Shown here piece after piece: positions 54,178 to 64,000 of a stretch of DNA of 64,000 nt (position 1 is the first letter of the stretch; each line of letters opens with the position of its first letter). The stretch lies in contig NC_134027.1 of assembly GCF_964204645.1 (NCBI RefSeq), positions 7,720,485 through 7,784,484 of the forward strand. The letters are read 5' to 3'. Origin of the DNA: Tubulanus polymorphus (lineage: Eukaryota > Animalia > Nemertea). Under the pieces are notes generated by a model that saw only the letters and a program-made list of their open reading frames with translations, was not told the origin of the DNA and ran no database searches. A program made the translations under genes and the position numbers.

Positions 54178-55944
54178 GTCAAAAGCTAACTTAATATTTT
54201 GCTAACCAGGGCAGATTTGGATGTCGTGCTAAAATCTAGTATTCCAACAAAATATCTATGAATTCAGTCTTGGAAGTGAATTCACGTGCATAGTGCGTGG
54301 GTTAACTGTCAATTGTTCACATTATGGGAGAAAATTTCCATTTATGTATAAATACATGTGTAAAATTCATTCATACCCGAAAAATGCTGTATGAAATTAC
54401 GCAAAATAGGCAAGGATCGATAAGTGATATAGTACGTTAGTAGTTTATAGTATTAGAATTAACCAGAACTGTTGTAAGTTCACCGATGCCCGCAAAAACT
54501 ATATAAACTTATATCATTAAAACTGTATTTCATTTAACTAACTTGTAGGCATACATACGTAGCAGGTTACTCCTGTATTGTTCTGATTTTCAAGATGTAT
54601 GAAAAAGAGTTCTGCCTGTATGGCTTTATCAAAACAAAAATATTGCTGTGGATTTTGTGTGTGCCTTCTCGTTTTGCATTCAACGTTTAAACAAAAGTTT
54701 CCTTCCTTCGTTTCCCAATCATTTATTGATTAATACAATTATATTACTAATAATAATACTGATGTAATAATAATAATCATTCCCGAAAACTGAAAGGAAT
54801 TCATCGTGAAGATCCGTTGTTGTAATACTGTTACAAGATGTATGTATATATTATATAAAATTACCTGGATTTTATTTTGACTGATTGATTATATTTTTTG
54901 TAATGAATTCACGCCATTGATTAATTAAAGTTATTGATTATAAATATAATTGGAGAGATGGACGTGTAAAATCGTTAATTAATTAAAAGTCATATTGTAT
55001 GAATTGATTTGTGTTGGCAAAGCTTAATTTTTGATCCATGGAATTTAGTCTCAGGAACAATGTTAACTGTTTTTCATAACACTAGGGGTCTCTGTATGTA
55101 GGGTAATGACATGTGATGCCTTTATCATCAGATAACTCTTTTGAAAGCTTACAAATTTAAGAGACTTTTGGGCCTCTAGTGGGTCACCTGTCAAGTGGAT
55201 TAAAGTTATTATACATGAAATGTTTGAATCATTATAAAGCAGTAAAGATCTTTATAAGAAATCACATACCAAAGAACTGATGAGATGAAATATGAATCAT
55301 TAATTGTAAGTGGATTGTACTTCCATTCATGATGTTCCGGTTTTTTTTCATTTACTGGTTGCTACTGTATTATTGAATTATTGTGTTGAGAATGTCATTT
55401 GAAAAATATCCTTTATCGTCAAAGTTCTAAACGGTATAGTTTGTTTGTTCTTTCAACTTCTGAGGATGTAGTTACTCCAATTGAGGATTATTCAAGTGGT
55501 CTTGAGGTTCCCACCGAGGGATCATTGTGATTTTGACAATGTTTTGATGGCATTTCAACTGACAGCTCCGTTAATGAAAATGTGTTTCGACTGGCTGACT
55601 AAACTGGCTTTCCTCAATACAAAATACTTGGTTCCTTAGAACACTTTGTGAAAACGTAGCACCATTACTAACTGCTCATCATTTGAAACGGGTCTAGTGC
55701 TGCTGCGATAACAGGAAACATGAACTAACATAATACTCGGAGTCTGAACGGCTGTAGTGTACAAACTATCTACCAATATGTGGGCTGGATTGAGAAAAAT
55801 CTTAGACTCTAAACACAGCACTAATTACACTTGCTACATACCATGTCAAGGGTACTTCAACCGGAATAAGAAGGCTACCATTCTATTTCCTCCAATCGTT
55901 CAAATGTGAATGAAAAAAACAACAAAAAGCTTTTTGATTCAAAT

Positions 55945-55950
55945 TTTATT
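55945..55950 (-). terminator. Probable poly(A) signal of DSTYK
   Basis: TTTATT on plus (AATAAA on minus) about 2.2 kb past the stop, followed on minus by a TTTTTGTTGTTTTTT tract. Confidence 0.55.
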
Positions 55951-56451
55951 CAATGCAACAATATTTCATATTGTAAAAATATTTACAATATATATCAGGA
56001 AAAGAATTAACAAGTATGGAATATCCACATATATTCATCAATGATTACACCATTCAACAATCATTAAATCTACACTTTATCAGGTTTTTTCTACAGTTTT
56101 ACCATTATATACATAGATACGTATTTCTACTTTTCGTTCATTAAACCATATTTTGTCAAAGTTGTTTTGAACCATTCCAGCAATTAACGCATTATATTCA
56201 TGTAATTAATCAACATGATCTCATGATCTGGTTGGTAACATGAAGATAACTTTACTTTTAACTAGAACGTATAATCATGTTTCTTTTTTGTTTAGCTTAT
56301 AGTTAGAGATCGAAAAGCTGACTAACTCAGTTATAAATTACATAAAATATGAAAGACTTTTTCTACCATGCCTTAGTGCTAAATTCGTCTAAGCACAGAA
56401 TACATGTAGGTATTGAGTAAATAAATCAAGGTAATAACTGTCATATATTTA

Positions 56452-56781
56452 CATGGTTCCCACAGAACAGGGAAATTGGGAAAAACTTGGGAATTTGGAA
56501 ATAATAATTCCCGGTTTGAAAATATTTGGGAATTTGAACATTTTTTGCTCAAATCAGGGAAATATTTGGGAAATTCATTACATTTCACATATTGCATTTG
56601 CCAAGGGCAACTTTCTTCAGCAATTTCCCTTGAAAATCACCTTTATCAACCAGTCACCACTAAAATGTTGGCTGTAGCATGATGACATGTGTTCATTTCA
56701 TTTGGGAAAATTGAAAAATCACCCATGAAATACTTGGGGAAAACTTGGGAATTTTGAATTCAAATAACTGTGGGAACCATG
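56452..56781. mobile_element. MITE with perfect 14-bp TIRs in the probable DSTYK 3' UTR
   Basis: TA|CATGGTTCCCACAG ... CTGTGGGAACCATG|TA with TTGGGAA subterminal repeats. Confidence 0.75.
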
Positions 56782-58190
56782 TATTCAGCCATGAAGCCAT
56801 CTAGCCAAGTCAAAACTAGGCTACACTAAACTTGACACAATGTCACACCAAATGGTTTATTATACTAAGTCTCGTTTCAACTTGAGTTTATCTAACTAGA
56901 AGGAAAATGACACCACCAGAAACTAAAAGCTTCTGAAGACATTGCTTTTAAGCCCAATTAGTGACACATTTAAAATCATTGGAACAGTAGACTCACAGTA
57001 GCGACATTGGGACCATTTGACAAGAGTTCAGTCTTGGCTAATCTTCGAGAAGAACCTTTGTGAACTCACCAAATTGAGCGGTTTTATAAGTTGACAGGTA
57101 TCGAGTATAGATGCGTCGGGTTTCAAGAGACTTTGGAAGCTGTCTTCAAATATTCTATGAGCTATGTGTAAGTCTTTAAATATCACTACATCTAAGCACA
57201 AACACACTATAATTGTGATAAGATAAGAGCCATAATGGCTTAGGATGGAAGAAGTGAGCCTAGTACAGATTAGGCTGGAAGACTGGAAATTCTATTTACA
57301 TTTACCCTAAAAATCACAGCGCTGCGGATTTTAATATATAAAGGTTTACAAATTTATATATATACATATACAGAAGTTGATTATTAAACAATAATGACTA
57401 GCTGATTGCTGTGCTCCAATTATTAGTGGATATACATACTGTCCAAGATAATTTCCTTAAATTATGCTATTCAGTATTCAGTTGGAATCACCTCAGCGAC
57501 AATTAAGTCAGCCAACCAACTCCACTGCGATTCTCAGCCACCCTCTGCCTTACACAGACCAGCGCCTAACATTCAATTACAACGTATCTCTCTCCAGTAG
57601 CATATTTGCCACATTTGGATGCAGCAACGTCTCATTCAGAAACAATATTTTTTCTAAAATTTTCATATAATGAATGGATCATTGTTATGTTGCAGGTTTT
57701 CATGGATCAGCTAATCAGTTTGAGGTAAAAAGCATTGATTTATCAGTCTACCAATGCCCGCTCAGAAATGTGTATTCATGACATGTTGGAAATGTAGACC
57801 TGCCAGACCCTGGTTACATATATCCATTACTACACACAATCTCCACTAATAATTAGAGCATTACGCGAATAGTGTATATGAATAGAGCAATATACAATAT
57901 CGATAAAAAATAAACTTTCGTGGCAAATGGTAAAGCAATTACAAAATTGAAACAAGAGGCAATTCATGCATATTTGTTTGTATGTTATATTAACCTGTTC
58001 TATTTCACACCTGATCAGAATATATTGCTATAGACTGTTTTAACAACCATACATGCACATGTATTTGTAGCCATGATATTTCCCTCATGAATGAATGATG
58101 GCTTTTTCTGGATCAGATATCAATGGGTTCTGATTATTAATAAACGGTTGATGGAACACCATAGGTCAGTATAGATTCGAACTTCTGGTA

Positions 58191-61100
58191 TCAATGAAAT
58201 TCGGTATGGTCGACCGGGATCAGCGCCGACATTGAATTACTTCGACGCGTTCTAGTTCTACTGCTGTTTATACTCTGAGTCCGCGCGAATATAGATCGTA
58301 ATTGAGGTTCCACATCGCCTAATAGAGGGCGCTTTATCGGATCACCATGCCAACATGCTGACATCATTTCCCAACATTCATCATCGAATTGTTTTAATTT
58401 TTCTGGACGAACTCCTGAAAAGCACAGATAAAACACTTTCATTTTTTTGGAACTGTTCTCCTTCAAAGGCTCACTACTCAAGAAAAGTCTGAGGTCACAC
58501 TAAGATCTCATGTCACACTGTGAGGTTGAATCCCCATTTCAGTCAGGTCCCACTCAGGTGACCTAAGTAAGATCTCATGTCCCACTGTGAGGTTGAGTCA
58601 CCATTTCAGTCAGGTCCCACTCAGGTGACCTGAGACGGTCTCAGGTATACTCAGGTCACCTAAGATCCACCTGCTCTGAGAAATGCTTGGTCTTGTGACA
58701 GCACAAAATGGTGCTGTCTATGTCGCTAATTGCAAAAAATCTGATGATCGGGCCGAATCCTATGTGAGTAAGGCATAAAGGATGTATATTTAGTTGCACA
58801 GAGGCATAGAATGTTTGTTCACCTTTTTTAACCGATGTCCACAGCATATCTTTACTTGTGCATTGTTCGTAGGCGTATGGCAACCTGACATGTCCAGCGC
58901 AGACGTACCAGAATAGTATACCGAACGCGTACACATCGACGCTACTGTCGTATTTACCAGTGAATAATTCTGGAGCCATGTGAATCGGTGTTCCTACTAT
59001 ACTACCGCTCATCATTGCTTCTGGTTTACAAAATCCTAAATCGGTGATTTTTCCGCGATTTCGTTTATCCAGCTGCAATGACAAAGAATACATATACCGA
59101 CCTCGTATAGTTAGAATTCATTCGCATTTTCAGCTTCTGATTGCTAAGACTTACCAGCACATTCTTTAGTTTGATATCTCTGTGAACAAGGCCTTGACTA
59201 TGCAGGAATCGAATACCTTCCACAACATCTATAGCAACTTGTAACCTGTTCAAATCAAAATAATGCATATTCAAATTTAAATGAAGAGTACAGACTCAGT
59301 TACCATTAAGCTAAGTACAAAGATCATGAACTAAAATTGTTTGTTTAGCTAAGCGTGCTTCATTCAGATCACTGTAATTATGATTTTTACATTATCATCA
59401 TGATAATCAACAAAACTATTCTCATAAACCATATATGATTTGGATCAATTGGTACCACATGCTCTTTTAAGGCACATTAGTGAAAAACTTATCTTTATAC
59501 GAGTCTTTTAAAAACATAACAACAGATGAATACTTCTTGTCGAGTTAAATTAATGATAATGTTCAGCAAATTTTCTTAAAGCGCTAAATTGATAATTAAC
59601 ATACATGTATGACAAATAAATCTGATAACAACTGATGATTCAGCTTTTTTCAAATTCTGGCACCACCACCTGACGTGAACACTAGACCACCGTCTCTAAA
59701 TACCAGGACACCATCAAACAGGGGTAGAGAGGATATTTTTACTAAGACATGTGAATAATTGGTTGAGTAAACTAATGCTTTTAATGGAAATCCTTAACTA
59801 TGAGAAACCCCATCCGATAGATCAATAATTTTGTGAATCCAATCATCTTTTTTTGGAAAAACTTTGAAACAAGAAACAAAACGAAAAAAGAGACAGGAGA
59901 GTACACTATATTCTTTCATCTGGCTCGACACAAACAATATTACCTTCCAGGCCAGTGTAGCCCCCGGATAATGGCTTGTTGTAAATCACCTTGCATCAGG
60001 TCAGTTATAAGAAGAACTTCAGGGCTGTAGCCATCACCGTAGTCGTAATTGATGGCCGCACCGTGAATAGGGACAACCCGTTCGTGGGGAGGAAGATTCC
60101 TGTAAAATTGGCGCAAATCTGATCAGTGATTGATGCTTGTTATGAACACGAGGGGGCGCTGGTGTAGGTGAGTGTCCGATAGAGTTCATGTAACTTACAT
60201 TGTATAAGCTTGTCAAAGCCACGTGTCAAAAATTGCGTTAAAAAAAACACTGGGTTTAATGAACTCATCAAAAACAACAAATGTTGAAGTGAGCCTGATG
60301 CAAATTCAATAATTTTCAACCAGTGGCACTTGGGAATCCAAGCTTACCCATATTGTGTTACATGAACTCAAAGCAGGTACATGATAGTAGTCATATATAG
60401 GGCTGTGAATAATCAACACGCTGATCGTGAGTGGTGCAGGCGGGTGGTGTCCTATAATGCATGTGCCTGAAATAGAAAATTAACACCGACCAGCCAGCCA
60501 GGTCATCCCGTCGCTTACAGGTCGACATTCACGCTTACCTACTCGGCCAATCAAGTCCAGTCTTGATGGCCGTATATAAATCTCGTTGGGCTCGCGGCAT
60601 GATGAGCAATACAGCAGGTGACGAGCCTCCGCCGTACGAATAATCAATCACCGAACCGAATATCGTAACTAATCTCTCATGTTCTGGAACATTCCTGGGT
60701 ACAATATAACAATGAGGTTCAATAGTGGAACATCCATAAAGTGTATATGTATCAACTGAATTCTACCCCATTAGGAGTAGTTTTCAGCCATGCCTTAGCA
60801 ATGGTACATATTTTCCAGACCCATAGTGTACCTATTTTATGGATGGTCCCTAGGGCATCAAAATACAAGGTAAAACAGAGCCAAAGAAATTATTACATAA
60901 TGCATTGCTCAACTTTGAATAATAGCAGTCTCAGTCCTTTTTTGTTGGTAAACTAAAATCTATAATTTCGATAGAAATGCCTAAAATTTACGTTTACAAG
61001 TATGTCCACCAAGTACTCAAAATCTAAGCATCACAACTGCAATAAAATATAAACATATGAAATACATCTGAAAAGATTTAGTATTACATGTGGGTTCCAG

Positions 61101-63627
61101 ATAAGCTCTTCAATAGCATAGATCGTGAAAATACAGTGTAGATCTCAAAATGATCAGCACCATGCAGGAAACAATAGATAAACTGGCAATAATAACTGTC
61201 TGACTGTTTGAACTTGATTTACATGACAGTTCTCAATTGAATCCAACGTCCATTCATCAGTTCTGTGACAGCTGCACACTCACTAACCCACTCAATAAAT
61301 ATCTATCCAGATGATTTACTGTTTTCTTTCATTTATATGAAGTACAGGTGAAACAGTACGGATCATTCCATTTCCATTAGACAACCGTGATTACAGCTTT
61401 TTAATGGGCTATGGAAATGAAACGACCATCAAGAACTACAGTCTACTTTTCTCCCAATATCGGTCAATTGATGAGTAAATAGTTAACCGAGATATGTATT
61501 TCATATCCAAGCTGAACAGAGACCCGAGTTAGGCTAGGTTTACTTTTTGGTGAATTGTTACAGGTAAAATATTTGTCCCAGACAAACTGAATTAATTATC
61601 AGAAATGGTGACTGTGTTTTGAAAGTGACTTGAATAGATAATGGCTAGTGATATGATGATATCAGGGAAAAAATTCAAGTTTGAATTATCAGTATAAGCT
61701 AGTAAACAAACTACATGCTACAGAAGGGGTATTAGCCGCGTTCCCACTAGATTCGGCACTTATGAAGTACCATACTTCGCTAGTGCCTAATTCAACAAAA
61801 TACAGCGCTTCCACAGCTAGTTACGTTGACATGTAGAGTCGGCAATTCGACACTTAGTAAGCCCAGTATACTAGTCACCCGGTGTGCCGAGGGGAGTGAA
61901 ATCAGTGTTGAGTGTATTGTACTACAAAGATGTAAATACACAGCTAGCTAAGCACCGAATCTGCATTCACAATACAGAAAATACGCGGCCAGCTCAGTTC
62001 CGTACTGAGATTGCGTTTAATAAGCCTCGTATTTCAATACGGAACTGAATAAGCCGCGAATAGGCCTCGAATAATTTTTCAAGTGTGAATGCGTAATACC
62101 GTCCTGAAATCCTAGTGCGAACGCAGCTATTGACGTACACAAAGCTTCTTGAATAATTGATAAAGAAAAATGCTCTATCAACAGGCAGGCTGTAAGCCTA
62201 TAGAACTGAAAATCTAGAAAAGAGATGCTTTTTCAGAAGGATGCAGCAATTTCTGAAATTCAAATTAATTTCATTAGTTCAGCATTAACTCCATACACAT
62301 GGCAGGCCATAAGTTAACTTTTTTTGTTAAATGAAACAACTAACCCTTTCAGTGTGTCTACACCGTAGAGCAGTGTGTAAATCGGTGATGGACTTAGCTA
62401 ATACACCACGGTCAATTGACCATTAGCTGCATCGCAGTTTAGATGCACTATAGCGGTATGCCCATTATACAACGCACTGGGACAGAATCCTCCAAAATTT
62501 TCAAATCATCTCCAGCACTTAAGGGTAAGAATCAGTCAGCACTGAAAGGGTTGGTTGAACTGCTGGAATAACTTTACAAGAACAGGTTAACAAACACAAT
62601 ACAAACCAATTTGTTTATCCAGAGTTCTCAATACTGTTATACATAAGAATAAGATATCAGATTGAATGATTTATGATGTCGCCAGGTTAACCTTAAGTTT
62701 TAAAACAAGCAACATAAATGAAGCCGCAAGTTATTTAATACAGTTCATAGATAGGCAATATATGTTTGCAGCATTAAGAACTTGATAAACTTGTAATTGT
62801 ACTTCTCTAAAGTCAATAAAAATGTGAACAAGTGAACTAGAAAAGTTGAGCTCAGCACTTAGGTTCATGGCGTTGTTCAAAAATGACATGTGGCAATTTT
62901 CTAGTTTGGTTTCTTTAAGAACAAGACTTACTTTGTATAATAGAATTCTAATGCGAGATCGTTCCAGTGTTTGTCGTCGGGTGGTACAACCGATTTGATG
63001 GCGCACGGAGAATGTCCTGCCCAGTTTTCGCATGAATACACCACGCCATACTGTCCTCGACCGATTTCCCGCCCCATCTGTGGCATACCTATAAGAGACA
63101 AAAAAAATGAATTAAGTACGACATTTGATTGAATCTAACTAAATGTCATGCAGGATTTATGAATATTTCCATCATGAAAAGGTAACAGACAGGTTCTGAA
63201 ATCAAAAGAACTACTTACCAAACATGATCATATCTTTAAGCGAAACACTTTCCAGAGCCATCCTAGCTACGAGTGGTGCGTGTACTTTCCGCACACGTAG
63301 TCGTTGTTCTTCAGTTTTTTCGAGACGACCGGAATGACGCGCTTCAAGTTGACGCAGAGCGGTGGCGAACGCTTCATGCGAATTCTTCAATCGCTCTTTG
63401 ATCTGAACACATATACTCTTTGCTAATCTGTAATGAATATGTGATGATATAATAGACATAAGGGTTAAAATAATAATCCAGGTCCCAGTTTGAGTATGAT
63501 TGAGCTGCAAAGAAACCTGTTGGTCTTACTTTGTTTCACTGAGACTGCTGATCATATCACAAGCCACTGTTTTCTTCCATTCTCGGTCAATTTTTGGCGG
63601 CGTATTCCAAGGCATTGATTGAACGAG
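58191..63627 (-). CDS. DSTYK: Dual serine/threonine and tyrosine protein kinase, 5'-partial, spliced
   Basis: Exons (minus) 63627-63530, 63427-63219, 63088-62932 ([37 protein letters not shown]), 60694-60539 or 60099-59944, 59245-59155 ([13 protein letters not shown]), 59072-58823 ([35 protein letters not shown] signature), 58414-58191 ([13 protein letters not shown], stop). Confidence 0.95.
58501..58632. repeat. Tandem duplication of an about 66-bp unit in a DSTYK intron
   Basis: TAAGATCTCATGTC.CACTGTGAGGTTGA.TC.CCATTTCAGTCAGGTCCCACTCAGGTGACCT occurs twice. Confidence 0.9.
59944..60099 (-). CDS. DSTYK duplicated kinase exon, variant copy ([52 protein letters not shown])
   Basis: 156 nt, phase 2-2, acceptor TTTTACAG, donor AAG|GTAATA, no stops, aligns without gaps to 60539-60694. 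Confidence 0.85.
60539..60694 (-). CDS. DSTYK duplicated kinase exon, canonical copy ([52 protein letters not shown])
   Basis: 156 nt, phase 2-2, acceptor TTGTACCCAG, donor TAG|GTAAGC; matches the DSTYK motif GSVIDYxYGGGSS.AVLLIM. Confidence 0.9.
61734..62128. mobile_element. Harbinger-like MITE with internal hairpin
   Basis: AGCCGCGTTCCCACTAG ... CTAGTGCGAACGCAGCT termini; internal inverted arms TCAGTTCCGTA / TACGGAACTGA. Confidence 0.6.
62342..62552. mobile_element. piggyBac-like MITE remnant
   Basis: AACCCTTTCAGTG ... CACTGAAAGGGTT, 13-bp perfect inverted termini; TTAA sites degenerate. Confidence 0.55.
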
Positions 63628-64000
63628 CTGAAAAAGAAGTTACATCATGTCAGCACTATCAGGCAGAAACGATTCAGTCTTCCAAGGTAGTATACATTAG
63701 GAATTCCCTTGCTCTCCCTGATTATATTGATACTTAGGGGTGAAGCTTTTAACGTCATTCGATTTAAAATGCAACCACTTATTGAAAACTGTTGTTGAGA
63801 AGACATAGATTGAAGTTCGAGAAGAGAGAAAAGTGGCAATTAACAAGACTGGGGAGCATAGAGCAGGGACTATGTATCATTTTTTACCTCTTTCATTTTT
63901 TCAAGAAGTAGCATCATTAGTGATGAACTAGTTCGCACTGTTATTTCCACTTGATAAGCTGCATTGAGAATCTATGTAAAATAAATATATCGTATGAAAG

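Noticed and set aside
55581-55618. Second hammerhead-like TGAGGA...GAAAC on the minus strand
   Set aside because: No complementary stem II between the boxes.
58501-58662. Repeat block resembling a CRISPR-like array
   Set aside because: Simple two-copy tandem duplication in a eukaryotic intron, no spacers or cas genes.

Overview
AT-rich, intron-containing metazoan genomic DNA (invertebrate-like; species not determinable from sequence alone). It holds three conserved spliced genes and one nested gene: (1) the 3' part of BRPF1/peregrin (+, 241-8401; PZP, bromodomain, PWWP); (2) a complete PKA type II regulatory subunit gene (+, 10820-51786) with two palindromic CREs in its promoter; (3) an intronless Myb/SANT-like (MSANTD4/NAIF1-type) gene nested antisense in a PKA-RII intron (46726-48033); (4) the 3' part of DSTYK (-, 58191-63627, continuing beyond the window). 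Introns carry many MITE-like elements and microsatellites. Two main surprises. First, the 20-kb first intron of PKA-RII contains three more ATG-initiated, phase-1 first exons that could replace the dimerization/docking domain: two begin with the dual-acylation motif MGGLCSxC and one carries an RI/PKI-type pseudosubstrate (RRGAI). Second, DSTYK has a tandemly duplicated 156-nt kinase exon that swaps the gatekeeper/hinge (Met vs Thr), with a candidate poison exon between the two copies. Exon structures were read by hand from GT-AG sites and reading phase; expression is not demonstrated.
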